Assembly: GCA_030390025.1 (NCBI GenBank)
Contig: CM059431.1
Coordinates: 114,888,001-114,952,000, forward strand
Direction of reading: 5' to 3'
DNA length: 64,000 nucleotides
From: Squalus acanthias
Taxonomy: Eukaryota
The notes below the pieces were generated by a model. The model was not told where the DNA came from and ran no database searches. It saw only the letters and a list, made by a program, of their open reading frames with translations. The translations under genes and the position numbers were made by a program. This document shows, piece by piece, positions 49,764-62,721 of this stretch (the first letter of the stretch is position 1; each line of letters begins with the position of its first letter).

Positions 49764-50444
49764 GGCCTGGAGTTTCCGCTAGGTGCAATTCAACCGAAGT
49801 CGGTCAAAACAACGCAAAAGATTGCAGAATTTCAAGCACAAATTACGTCCAGCGCAAATCGAGTTTCCGCGATCTTTTGCGCTAGTTTAAAAAACATCGT
49901 GCTAGAAGCCGGCCCCACCCACAAAACTGACCGCGCTCCCAGATCGAATTAACCACCATGGCGAGTTTCCGCTAACTGCGCTCGTTTGTGGGTCTTCGAG
50001 GAAGCTCTTAAAATGAAGCTTTTTGTTAGGCACAAAGACACAAATAAGCACGTTTTAAAAGCTTTTAAATATTTTTTTAATTTACTAAGAAACTGACTAG
50101 TGTACACCAACAAAACTAATAAATGGTTCGGTATAGTTTTTTTTAAAGCCATTTTCAATGATTTAAAATCGGGTTACTCTCAGGTGGTGGACTAGACAGT
50201 CTGATTTAAAAATGCTTATTCTTTGTGATAAACCCATTTTCAGCTGTATTAATAAAACTGCACCAAGTTACCATTCTTAACGAGGAATATTTTTTCATGC
50301 AAATTTAAAAAAAATGACGTTCTAAAACGCTGCCCAATTGCGCTGGTTCATGGAAGATTTTACGTTGGGGATATGCAAATGAGTTTTAGCAGAAACTTCT
50401 TAAAACTGGATCGCCGATTGCACCCAAAGTGAAAACTCTAGGCC
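49764..50444. mobile_element. Harbinger-type MITE
   Basis: TIRs GGCCTGGAGTTTCCGCT and AGTGAAAACTCTAGGCC. Flanks ACT and AAT. Confidence 0.7.
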
Positions 50445-51113
50445 AATAAATTTGTATCCCTTATCTGATTGTTCACCAGGCTATTATTTACTAAAATTAA
50501 AAAGACTTTTTAAAACACGTTAAGTACAACATTCTCTCACACAGTACCAAACAGAGATGTTGCTAAAATAACCTCCTTTTTTGCAGCAGCAGCAACAAAC
50601 ATTCCACAGCAAGTTGGAAGTGGAAATAAATCAATCCAGCTGTTGGAGTGTGTTTGCTATGGTAACCACGCAACAATATTTTTGCAAAGTATGTGAGAGG
50701 GACATTTGATATGAGCATCGCTGTACAGACTATGTAGCAAACCCTTGTGCTATCCTCAGCCAAGAAGAAACACCAGTACAAGTACACACAGAAGTAGGTC
50801 AGGACAGAATTGATAGTTATTCCACTGAGGTAGACAAGCCATGACGGCACTTGGCTCCTCACTGCTGTGATCACTGGTTTAAATACCAGCCAGCCACTGA
50901 CGCTTGAATCTGCTAGCCATATGTGCGGTGCGTTTTGCCAGTGCACGTGCATCTTATCTTAGGGGCATATACACACTTCTGTGGAAATGCACGTAAGTTA
51001 TTAGGTTGTCACAAGTAGCCAAGTAGGATGATCTAATGAAGAATTCCCACCGATAATATATTATTTTTAAAATTGTGTAGAATGTAAAAATATTGTTCGA
51101 ATATGGTGTTATA

Positions 51114-51438
51114 AAAGAAAAAGACTTACATTTATGTAGCGCCTTTCATGACCACCGTGTTTTACAGCCAATAAAATACTTTTTGGAATGTAGTCACTGT
51201 TGTAATGTAGGAAACGTGGCAGCCAATCTGCGCACAGCAAGCTCCCACAAACAGCAATGTGATAATGACCCGACAATCTGTTTTTGTTATGTTGATTGAG
51301 CGATAATTATTGACCAGGACACCGGGGAGAACTCACCTGCTCTTCTTCAAAATAGTGCCATGGGATCTTTTATGTCCACCTGAGAGAGCAGACGTGGCCT
51401 CGGTTTATGTCTCATACAAAAGACGGCACCTCCGACAG
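51114..51438 (-). mobile_element. SacSINE1-like DeuSINE, 5' truncated
   Basis: Reverse complement aligns with the body and tail of 23904-24300. Confidence 0.85.
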
Positions 51439-51704
51439 TCATCTGTTATATCACAGTTATATTTTTAAGCCAGAATATTAACCATGATCATCTCTTGTTC
51501 AGCTTTTGGTATCAGCCCGCCACCAAAACAGTCTCATGATCAGAGCCGGATTAAGATAACTTGGGCGTTGGGCACCATGAACATGCCCCTCCGCATAAAA
51601 CCATCCCCCAATCCATTAAAACACAAATGTGTCGTAAAATGCATGACAAAATAGGCTTGTACAATGATTATCTGCTGTATTAATAATAAAGCAAATAATT
51701 TCAC

Positions 51705-52452
51705 ACAATATTATGGGGTAGAGGAGCAAGAGGATCTCGGAGTACAAATATACAAATCACTAAAAGTATTGACACAGGTTAACAAGGCCATACAACAAGC
51801 AAACCAAGCACTAGGGTTTATTTCTAGAGGGATAGAATTAAAAAGTAGGGAAGTTATGCTAAACTTGTATCGAACCTTGGTTAGACCACACTTGGAGTAC
51901 TGCGTGCAATTCTGGTTGCAATGTTATAGAAAGGATATGGAGACACTGGAGAGGGTGCAGAGAAGATTTACAAGGATGATACCAGAAATGCGAGGGTACA
52001 CCTATCAGGAAAGGATGAACAGGCTGGGTCTCTTTCTCTTGAAAAAAGAAGGCTGAGGGGTGACCTAATAGAGGTCTTTAAAATTATGAAAGGTTTTGAT
52101 AGAGTGGATACAGAGAGAGTGTTTCCACTTGTGGGGAAGAGCATAACTAGAGGACATCAATATAAGATAGTCACCAAGAAATCCAATAGGGAATTCAGAA
52201 GAAACTTCTTTACCCAGAGAGTGGTGAGAATGTGGAACTCGCTACCACAGGGAGTGGTTGAAGTGAATAGTATAGATGCATTTAAGGGGTGGTTAGGTAA
52301 GCATATGAGGGAGAAGGGAATAGAGGGTTATGCTGATAGAGTTAGATGAGGAAAGACGTGAGGAGGCTCGAGTGGAGCATAAACACCGGCATGGACTGGT
52401 TGGGCCGAATGGCCTGTTTCTGTGCTGTATATCCTATGTAATCCTATGTAAT
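51705..52452 (+). mobile_element. CR1 3' fragment
   Basis: LYRTLVRPHLEYCVQFW...FFTQRVVRMWNSLP. Tail (ATCCTATGTA)x2. Confidence 0.93.
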
Positions 52453-52690
52453 ATTATGCTTCTATGCAGCTTTTCTGTGTTGTGGCAGTTTTTACCATGA
52501 GCCCGGAGGCAATTTTGATTTTTGACACTTTTTTGGTGCATTTTCCAGCATTTTTGAAGTGTACTGAGGTTCTGCTATTGAGTTTTTGGACATAGCAAAG
52601 GTAAAAGCAACCCCATAACATGTACTGAACGCTTCTCTTCCTCCCAAAAAAGTAGTTAGGTTTAAAATCCATTTACACATTTAAAATAAT

Positions 52691-53449
52691 GGGCCGGATA
52701 TTCTGATCCCTATGGGTGTGTGCGCGCTGTGTACACACCCGTAGGGACATCGGATTTGCTGGTTTCAGGCATGCACAGCGCCTGCACTGAAAACCAGCAT
52801 TTCCGATCTGTCAAGAATCCTCTTGACAGATCGGATGCCTGCCCTGGAGAAGGGCCTCTGCAGGCGGATAGTTTCGCTTTCTGGAGACCCTCCGCCCGCA
52901 GAAAACCCTTAGAATTCTTACGCCAGGTAAAAGCAGGCGTAAGACCTGCTTTTACCAAGATAAGAGTTGAAAAAAGTTAAAAATGAAAAATGTTTTCACT
53001 CATTTATCATTTAAAAATACTTTAAAAAAAAGTAAGTTTATTTTTAGCCCTGTAATAAACTTTAATTATTTTTTCAAAAAATTCAATTTTTGTTTAAAAT
53101 ATTTAATTTATTGTAATTTCAACTAATTTTAAAAATGTGATTTAAAAAAAATGTATTTAATGTTTTAAAGTGTTTTTGGGGTGATCTCCATTCATATATT
53201 TGACAGGTCTATCTGTCAAGTGTATGAAGGGAGACTCCCTTTTTTGATTGGCTCCCCATGGCCTACGTGATCGCAGGGACGCTTGCGAACCGCATGCGCC
53301 TCTGGGATACGTAGGCCCTGCACACTTGGAGTTCGAGAGGCCCAGCATCGGAACTATATGCACCTCGGGAGCCCTCAGGTAAGTGCGTAGATATTTTCCA
53401 GATCGGAGGCCTCCGCACGCGGGAAGCCTCCGATCGGAAAATACGGCCC
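52691..53449. mobile_element. Harbinger-type MITE
   Basis: TIRs GGGCCGGATATTCTGATC and GATCGGAAAATACGGCCC. GC-rich ends, very AT-rich centre. Flanks AAT and ATT. Confidence 0.75.
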
Positions 53450-53514
53450 ATTGCGTTTCCAACTGGTTTTAATTAGTTTGCCTAATGGCTAATTTTGTGC
53501 TCATTGGAGATAAT

Positions 53515-53649
53515 GGGGTAGATTTTGATTTTGGGCGATAGTGTAAAACAGGCGAAGGCAATGGAAATAAAAATAGGGAGAGATGTAAAACGGGCTGCCA
53601 ATTCGCTATCACCCATTTTACAATATAGCACAAAGTCCAAATCTAGCCC
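53515..53649. mobile_element. 135-bp Harbinger-type MITE
   Basis: TIRs GGGGTAGATTT and AAATCTAGCCC, with an AAT TSD on both sides. Confidence 0.75.
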
Positions 53650-53767
53650 AATGTCTGTTATCACCAACCCACCCACACACTCCCTATTCTGGGGGCCAAG
53701 CTCCTGCCTTTGAGTGACACTTTACAACAATCTCTCCCTGTACCAAGCAGTAGATAGTCATTTGTTA

Positions 53768-55943
53768 CATAAGATTAGGGCTCATGGGATTGGGGGTAAT
53801 ATGTTAGCATGGATTGAGGATTGGTTAACGTACAGAAAACAGAGAGTAGGAATAAACGGGTAATTTTTGGGATGGCAGCGTGTAACTAGTGGGGTGCCGC
53901 AAGGATCAGTGTTGGGCCTCAGCTATTTACAATCAGCTATTTACAATCTATTTCAATGACTTAGATGAGGGGACCGAGTGTAATATATCCAAGTTTGCTG
54001 ACGATACAAAGCTAGGTGGGAAAGTAAGCTGTGATGAGGAAGTAAAAAGGCTGCAAAGGGATATAGACTGGTTAAGTGATTGGGCAAGAAGGTGGCAGAT
54101 GGAGTATAATGTGGGGAAGTGTGAAATTATCCACTTTGGTAGGAAGAATGGAAAAGGCAGAATATTTTTTCAAAGGTGAGAGACTCGTAAATGTTGGGAA
54201 TCAGCGGGATTTGGGGGTCCTTGTACACAAATCTCAGAAAGTTAACATGCTATTAGGAAAGTAAATGGTATGTTAGCCTTTATTGCAAAGGGGGTTGGAG
54301 TAGAAGAGTAAGGAAGTTTTGATGCAATTAAATAGGGCTTTGGTGAGACCACACCTGGAGTACTGTGTACAGTTTTGGTCTCCTTACCTAAGGAAGGATA
54401 TACTTGCCTTAGAGGGGGTGCAACAAACAACAACAACAATAACAACTTGTATTTATATAGCGCCTTTAATGTAGTAAAACATTCCAAGGCGCTGCACAGG
54501 AGTGTTATACAACAAAATTTGACACCGAGCCACACAAGAAGAAATTAGGGCAGATGACCAAAAGCTTGATCAAAGAGGTAGATTTTAAGAAGTGTCTTAA
54601 AGGAGGAAAGACAGGTAGAGAGGTGGAGCGGTTTAGGCAGGGAATTCCAGAGCTTAGGGCCTAGGCAACAGAAGGCACGGCCACCAATGGTTGAGTGATT
54701 AAAATCAGGGATGCTCAAGATGCCAGAATTAGAGGAGTGCAGATACCTCGGGGGTGGTGGCGGGGGGGTTTGTGGAGCTGGAGGAAGTTACAGAGATAGG
54801 GAGGGGCGAGGCCATGGAGTAATGTGAAAACAAGGATGAGAATTTTAAAATCGAGGTGTTGCTTAACTGGGAGCCAGCGGAGGTCAGCGAGCGCAGGAGT
54901 GATGGGTGACCGGGACTTGGTGCAAGTTAGGACATGGGCAGCCGAGTAGGGGGGCACCAGAGGTAACGATGCGGGAGCGGGAAGAGAAGCCATTGCAGGT
55001 GATTCTCTGGCTACGATTAGACAGATAAGAATGGAACCAGGCGAGTGCAGTCCCACCCAGCTGGATGATGGTGGAGAGGTGTTGGAGGAAGATGGAGAGG
55101 TCAACCATGTCAAAGGCTGCAGATAGGTCGCAAAGGACGAGGAGGGATAATTTACCTTTGTCACAGTCACATAGGATGCCATTTGTGACTTTGATAAGAG
55201 CTGTTTCGGTACTGTGGCAGGGGCGGAAACCTGATTGGAGGGATTCAAACATGGAGTTCTGGGAAAGATGGGCACGGATTTGGGAGGCGGCAACACATTC
55301 AAGGATTTTGGAGAGAAAAGGGAGGTTGGAGATGGGGTGGTAGTTTGCAAGGACGGAGGGTTCAAGGGTTGGTTTTATGAGGAGAGGGATGATGACAGCA
55401 GATTTGAAGAGGGGGACGGTACCTGAGAGAACCGTTAACAATATCAGCTAACAAGGGAGCCAGAAAAGGAAGTTGTGTGGTCAGCAATTTAGTGGGAATA
55501 GGGTTGAGGGAGCAGGAAGATTCACTGGATTGATTCCAGGGATGAGAGGGCTGTCCTATGAGGAGAGATTAAGTATATTGGGCCTAAATTCTCTAGTGCT
55601 TAGAAAGTTGTTTCTCCTGGCTGGAGAGTCCAGAACTAAGGGTCATAATCTCAGGATAAGGGGTCGGCTATTTAGGACTGAGATGAAGAGAAATTTCTTC
55701 ACTCAGAGGGTGGTGAATCTTTGGAATTCTCTACCCCAAAGGGCTGTGGATGCTGAGTCATTGAGTATATTCAAGGCTGAGATAGATAGATTTTTGGACT
55801 CTAGGGGAATCAAGGGATATGGGGATCGGGAGGGAAAGTGGAGTTGAGGTCGAAGATCAGCCATAATCTTATTGAATGGCGGAGCAGGCTCGAAGGGCCA
55901 TATGGCCTACTCCTGCTCCTAATTCTTATGTTCTTATGTTTTT
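53768..55943 (+). mobile_element. CR1 LINE split by an L2 insertion
   Basis: SKFADDTKLGG RT motif. The sequence GGGGTGCAAC|GAAGATTCACT is rejoined across 54424/55516. Tail (TTCTTATG)n. Confidence 0.9.
54425..55515 (-). mobile_element. L2 LINE with an internal deletion, nested in CR1
   Basis: (CAA)n tail. [37 protein letters not shown]. Deletion junction near 54948. Confidence 0.92.
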
Positions 55944-55949
55944 ATGGAA

Positions 55950-56772
55950 TGAAAGTTAAAATTGAGCGATCTATTTGCTGCTCCAATCCTGCCCCAGGGC
56001 AGGGTTAACCCAGCTGTTTTTTCTGGTGGCTGAAGTGTCCACCTGACTTGGGCGGGTGCCTCATTAATATATGCTAATTGGGGTCCGATGGCATACACAA
56101 TGGCATTTTAATGGCATACTGAGTGAGCGGGGTGTCCGCCGTGGGTGCTCCACTTATTAAAGCCTGTCGGGGAAGAAGTGGAGGTCCTAAAATGTGCAGG
56201 TTAGGTTGATTTGGCTATGATAAATTGACCCTTAGTGTTAGGGGGGGGGGATTAAATATGTGGGGTTATGGGGATAGGATGGGATATGTTAGGGGGAATT
56301 AAATACGTGGGGTTACGGGGCTAGGGTGGGATATGTGTACTGTGGGGATTAAAGCAGGGACAGGGTACTGGATTTGGATGATCAGCCATGATCGTATTGA
56401 ATGGTGGAGCAGGCTCGACGGGCCGAATGGCCTACTCCTGCTCCTAGATTCTATGTTTCTATGTTTCTATGTTTCTAAATGCAAGTTCCAGGCTGCCGAA
56501 GGAAAGTTTGGGCCACGGCTGCCTGGGCTTCCTCCTTCCCACCCATGAGAGACCCCTGCTGATCCCCCCCCCCCTGTAACTACTTGAGTGCGGGATGTTC
56601 TTCGCTTGTACGCAGCAGACCAACTACCTCTTTACACCCGTTTTGGGTGGGCAGCTGGCCGGTGGGATGTAAATGAGGCCCGGCAGCTAATATCCGATGG
56701 GCCTCCCATGGAGGCTCTTGGGCAGGCAGCCTGTGCATCCCGTCAGCTCCTGTCTGAGAGTTAAAGTTCCCC
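55950..56772. mobile_element. Degenerate GC-rich MITE interrupted by an HE1-like SINE
   Basis: Similar to the 4310 and 37681 family (CCTCATTAATAT, AAATGAGGCCC, terminal GTTAAAGTTCCCC). Confidence 0.4.
56189..56477 (+). mobile_element. Headless HE1-like V-SINE fragment with a CR1 tail
   Basis: V-domain end ATGTGCAGGTTAGGTTGATTTGGCTATGATAAATTG, ~42-bp tandem duplication, CR1 tail and (TTTCTATG)n. Second copy at 62343. Confidence 0.7.
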
Positions 56773-58289
56773 CGTTAAAGACGTAAATAGGAATTGGCAG
56801 CCTTTATTCTACCCTCAGATTCCCAGCTCCATAGAAATTGAAAGTCCAGGGAACAGAAGAGAACCAAATCAAGTCCTTAGAGCAACTGCATTAACTTGGA
56901 GCACAATCTGTTCAGCACTTTTCCTCCCATTTCGGATCTTGCCCTTGCAGACAGTAAGCTCTTTAAATCAGAACCCAATCGTCTCCAACGCTTTTTTGTT
57001 CTCTTCAGCTATTTCCTTTTCATTTCTCCCGTTATTGTCCACTTTATAAATCATTTCTTGGCTGAGAGAGGCGAGTCTCAAGGGGTTGCAGTCATTCCTG
57101 AATATCAGGGTTTAGCTACTTTCTTGCAATGAATACTTAACTGAGAGTTGAGAATCTGACCGCAAACCAGAAGTTCGATTGTTGAATTCACCGAGCTGTC
57201 TGTCAAGTGACTTTCGTCAGCACTCCATTGAACAACTGGATGAAATGGTATATACAAGTGAGGGCTTCAAGGAGATCTTGATACTAGCTGAATTTCCGTT
57301 TTGTTTAAGATTGTGGTGGGAGTTCTTGTTTCGAGTATTGTAATTCAATTCGTGTTACGATTAAATAAAGTTACTAACATATCTAAAAGATACTCACATG
57401 ATACTGTAAGTTTATAGATATCACACACAGTTAGTAACATAAGGTTTTAAGGATCATATCCCCAAAATATATGTAATTACAAGTGTTTGCCATATACCCT
57501 GTATATTGCGTCTTAGCATAATGCTTTGTTCTGAATAGAGTTTAACTTTAAAAGAGAAAGACAGCAAAGGGATGTGTTTTTAATATACTCTCCAGCTGTA
57601 CAGTATAAGAAATCACCCAGCAGTTATTCTCTTTATTAAATTAAAAGTGCCCTTCTTGTGTCTTGAGAGAACAAAAATGTTGGAATCTTTTGAGTTTTGA
57701 CCAAGTCTATGCAACCTGTTCTCATAATATAACTCTTTAAGCCCTGGTATCAATCTGGTGAATCTGCGCCCTCTCCAAGGTCAGTATATCTTTCCTGAGG
57801 TTCAGTGCCCAAAACTGAGCACAGTACTCCAGATGGGGTCCGACCAAGTCTCTGTACAACTGAAGCATAACTTCCTTCCCTTTGTAATTCAACCCCCCCC
57901 TTGAGACAAAGGCCAACATTCCATTAACCGTTTTGATTACTTTTTGTACCTGTGCTCTAATGTTTAGTGATTTGTGTACATGGTCTCCAAATCCCGTTGC
58001 TCCTCCACAATTCTGAGTCTCTCACCATTGAGAAAATTGACTTATCTGCTGTTCTTGGATCCAAAGTGAATGGCCTCACCACTTCCCCATATTGACCTCG
58101 ATCTGCCATAGTTTTGCCCACTCACTTAATCTATACGTGTCCATCTGTAACTTCCTGCTCCAATCTACACATCTTACTGTGCCTCCTAACTTAGTCTCAT
58201 CTAGAAACTTGGATATACAGCTCAATTCCCCGTTTACTACCAGGATATATCTATCCTAATCTTGCTACGTAACCAGGCCTATGTAACTT

Positions 58290-61200
58290 GAGTTTCCCTG
58301 TGCCCATTCACGTGCGCTTTTTGGCTGCCGCTCCGGACCCGAGCCCATCACTTCTATTTCCAATTTTTCTCTCCTTTTTTTCTTCTTTTCTCTTTACCCC
58401 TCGCTCCTGTCATCGTGCCTCCTTTCATTTCTCCCCTCTTGGGTACTCTGCCCTCCCAAATCCCTACCCCAACACTTCAGCACTCCGCGACCTTCCTACT
58501 CTCCTGCCACCGTCCCAGGCTTGACTCCCTCTTAGATAAGCCTACAGCTTCCCTCTGTGCCTCGCTTGGCATCCTCCGGAGGGCCCATCGAGGCACTCGT
58601 CGCTGCCTCCTTACTAGCAGCAACTGCAACTGCAACTGCCCCATCATACTCTCTAGCTGATCTCCCCACCCAGCACACCCACTGGGGGCTAATCTTTCCT
58701 ACCTCCTTCCACTCACCCCTCCCAATGCTGACCCAGTGGACTCTGCCAGTGGATCGGCTATCACCGTCCTTCTCCGCATCAACCTCAAGAATGTCCGTTC
58801 ACTTGTAAACAAGGCCCTTACCATCCATGAGCTTATTGTGGATGATTGCATCGACATCATGGCCTTGACGGACACCTGGCTGAGGGATGATCACCCCTTC
58901 AACAACAACAACAACAACAACAACAACATATATTTATATAGCGGCATTAATGTAGTAAAATGTTCCAAGACTCTTCACAGGAGTGTTATCAAAATAAAAA
59001 ACAAAATTTGACACCGAGCCATATAAGGAGATATTAGGGCAGAGGACCAAAAGCTCGGTCAAAGAGGTACATTTTGTGGAGTGGCTTAAAGGAGGAAAAA
59101 GAAGTAGAGAGGTGGAGAGGTTTAGGGAGGGAATTCCAGAGTTTAGGACCTAGGCAGCTGAAGGCACAGCCACCAATGGTGGAGTGATTAAAATCAGGGA
59201 TGTTCAAGAGGCCAGAATTGGCGGAGCACAGAGATCTCGGGGGATTGTAGGGCTGGAGGAGATTACAGAGCCAGGGAGCGGCGAGGCCATGGAGGGATTC
59301 GAAAACAAGGATGAGAATTTTAAAATCAAGGCGTTGCTTAACTTGGAGCCAATGTAGGTCAACGAGGACAGGGGAGATGGGTGAACGGGACTTGGTGCGA
59401 GTTAAGACAAGGGTGGCAGAATTTTGGATGACTTCAAGTTTACATAGGGTAGAACTAGAGAGGCTGGCCAGGGGTACATTGGAATAGTCAAGTCTAGAGG
59501 TAACAAAGGCATGGATGCGGGTTTCAGCAGCAGATAAGCGGAGGCAAGGGTGGAGGCGGGCGATTTTATGGAGTAGGAATAGGGTCGAGAGACCAGGAGG
59601 TCGGTCTCATTGACAAGGTGAACTTTGAGAGGGCATGAAGGGAGATAGGAGAGAAACTAGGGAAATATGCAAATTCAGGGTTAGGGCAGAGGGGGAAACT
59701 GAGAGGAAGTTAGGCCCAGTGTGCTAGGGGAAGGGAGGTAAGTAGCACAGGCAATTGAACGGATGTTCTCGATCTTTTTAACAAAAAACTCTATGAGCTC
59801 CTCGCATTTATTGTTGAAGGTGAGGAGGCAGGGGAGGGTGGTTTGAGAAGACCGTTTGTGGTGGAGAGGAGAAGCCGGGTGTTATCTTTGCCTTCCTGGA
59901 TGATCTTAGAATAGTGGGCAGTTTTATCGATTTTTTTCCCCCCTTAAATGAAACCTCCCTGTTTGGCTAAACCTTCCACCACTTGTCCTGTTCAAACCGC
60001 CGCAGTGGCAGTGTGGCTCTTATCATCAAACCTCACCTTGGTCTGTCCCCCTACTCATCTGGCACCTTCTCCTCCTTTGAGCATTTCACCTTGTTCCACC
60101 CCTCTTGCCTCTCATTTTAAAATCCTTGTTCTCCATCACCCACCCAAGTACCATAAAAATGTTCTCATCAAGATATCCTCAGTGCTTTCCTCCCTCAGCC
60201 TCTGCACTGAGCGACTTCTCATCCTTGGTGATTTTGACCTACATCTGAACTTGTCGTGCTCTCTCTCCTCTGAGTTCACTGCCCTCCTATCCTCCCTTAA
60301 TCTCTCCCTCCATATCTCTTCCCTACCCATATTCACGGCCACCCCCTTGACCTTGCCATCTCACGTGGCCTCGCTACTCCCATCGTGTCAATCACAGATA
60401 AGGCCATCTCTGATCACTTTCTTGTATCGCTCTCCATCCACAGCCCCCTCCCCCCTCCCAATCTTACTTCCTTTTGTGTCCGCCCCTGGAAAACACTCTC
60501 TCCCAATTCACTTACAACTGCACTTTCAAAATCCCAACTGTCTAATCTTTGGCCCTCCATTCACCACAACATTTCTGCAACTATCGATCTGCTCAATCAC
60601 ATCCTAACTTCCACCTTTGATGCCCTAGTCCCCATTAAAACCATCACTCTCTCTCACCCTGGTCATTCCTGCTGGTACGGCCCTCAACTCCACACCTTTA
60701 ATACCAAGGGACGCAGTCTTGAAAGCATATGACGGACAACTGGTTTAGCCATTCATCGCCCGATCTGGCTGGACCACATAAAGCACTATCGGATTCTACT
60801 CTTCCCTATCAAAACTGCTTACTATTCCAGGAACATCCAGGAATGCAAAGATAACCTCCGGCTTGTTTTCTCTACTACAAACCGTCTTCTTAAGCCCCTC
60901 TCCCCTGCCTCCTCCACCCTTACCTCCAACAACAAGTGTGAGGAGCTCATGGACTTCTTTGTCACTAAGACTGAGACCACCTCTACCTCTACACTTCCCA
61001 AGCCCACCAGGCCAAACATCCTCTAAGGTTCCCCACGATCCTAGCCCTGAACTCTCATCTTTCTCTAGTTTCTCTCCTATCTCCCCTCATGCCCTCTCCG
61101 AGCTCATCTTGTCCATGAGACCCACCTCCTGATCCCTCGACCCTATTCCCACTAAACTGCTGGCCACCCAACTTCCCTTCCTGGTCCCCATGTTAGCTGA

Positions 61201-62114
61201 TATTGTTAATGGTTCTCTCTCCTCAGGTACTGTCCCCCTCCCCTTCAAATCTGCCGTCATCACCCCTCTACTCAAAAAAAATCCCTTGACTTCAGTCCTT
61301 GAAAACTACCGTTCCATCCCCAAGCTCCCTTTCCTCTCCAAAGTCCTTGAACGTGCTGTCGCCTCCCAAATCCGTGCCCATCTTTCCCGCAACTCTTTGT
61401 TTAAATCCCTCCAATCAGATTTCCGCCCCGGCACAGTACCGAAACGGCTCTTATCAATGTCACAAATGACATCAAATGTGACTGTGACCGTGGTAAACTA
61501 TCCCTCCTCATCCTTCTCGACCTGTCTGCAGCCTTTGACACGGTTGACCACACCTCTTCTCCTCCAATGCCTCTCCTCCGTCGTCCAGCTGGGTGGGACT
61601 GCACTCGCCTGGTTCCATTCTTATCTATCCAGTCGTAGCCAGAAAATCACCTGCAATGGCTTCTCTTCCCGTTCCCGCACCATTACCTCTGGAGTCCCCT
61701 AAGGATCTATCCTTGTCCCCCTCCTATTTCTCATCTACATGCTGCCTCTCAGTGACGTCATCCGAAAACACAGCGTCAGGTTCCACATGTACACTGATGA
61801 CACCCAGCTCTACCTCACCACCACTCTCTCAACCCCTCCACCATCTCTAAATTGTCAGACTGCTTGTCCGACATCCAGTACTGGATGAGCAAAAATTTCT
61901 TCCAATTAAATATTGGGAAGACCGAAGTCATTGTCTTCGGTCCCTGCCACAAACTCCGTTCCTTAGCCACTGACTCCATCCCTCTCTCTGGCAACTGTCT
62001 GAGGATGAACCAGACTGTTCGCAACCTTGGTGTCGTATTTGACCCCGAGATGAGCTTCCGACCACATATTTGCGCCAACAGTAAGTCCACCTACTTCCAC
62101 CTCCATAACATCGC
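58290..62114 (+). mobile_element. Long L2 LINE copy (APE endonuclease and RT), 3' end lost
   Basis: NVRSLVNK...[52 protein letters not shown]. Many frameshifts. Confidence 0.9.
58900..59935 (-). mobile_element. L2 copy inserted antisense into the L2 above
   Basis: (AAC)n tail at 58901. CCCCTT duplicated at 58894-58899 and 59940-59945. Internal deletion near 59580. Confidence 0.88.
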
Positions 62115-62342
62115 TAATGATCTTTCTAGCAGAACCTTATCAAATGCCTTCTGCAAGTCCACATAGCCAACATCCATAGACACTGCACTATCCACCATTC
62201 TAGTGAACACTTCAAAAACATTCAACTAGATTAGTCAGCAGTGACCTACCCATCACAAATTCATGCTGACTCTCTTTGATCAATTCATACTTGTCCAAGT
62301 TCTCAGTCACTGTCTCTGATGACAGATTCCAGTAACTTCCCC

Positions 62343-62643
62343 AAAAATGTGCGGGTTAGGTTGATTTGGCTATGATAAATTGACCCTTAGTGTTAGGGGG
62401 GGGATTAAATATGTGGGGTTACGGGGATAGGATGGGATATGTTAGGGGGAATTAAATACGTGGGGTTACGGGGATAGGGTGGGATATGTGTCGGTGCAGG
62501 CTCGATGGGGATTCTGTGTGGGAAAGCAGGGACAGGGTACTGGATTTGGATGATCAGCCATGATCGTATTGAATGGTGGAGCAGGCTCGATGGGCCGAAT
62601 GGCCTACTCCTGCTCCTAGTTTCTATGTTTCTATGTTTCTATG
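62343..62643 (+). mobile_element. Headless HE1-like V-SINE fragment with a CR1 tail (second copy)
   Basis: Near-identical to 56189-56477. Confidence 0.7.
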
Positions 62644-62721
62644 ATGTTAAACTGATGGGTTTGTAGCTACCTGGTTTCTCCCTCCCTCCCTTCTTAAATA
62701 ATTAGGGACATTTTCAAAAGT

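Larger units (their letters stand above)
57700..62715 (-). mobile_element. CR1 LINE broken by a nested L2 and an HE1-like SINE (pieces 57700-58222, 62118-62342, 62644-62715)
   Basis: LYRDLVGPHLEYCAQFW. The reverse complement of 62130-62166 reads YVDLQKAFDKV. Confidence 0.8.

Noticed and set aside
51541..51655. hAT-like terminus CAGAGCCGGATTAA
   Set aside because: No second end or 8-bp TSD found.
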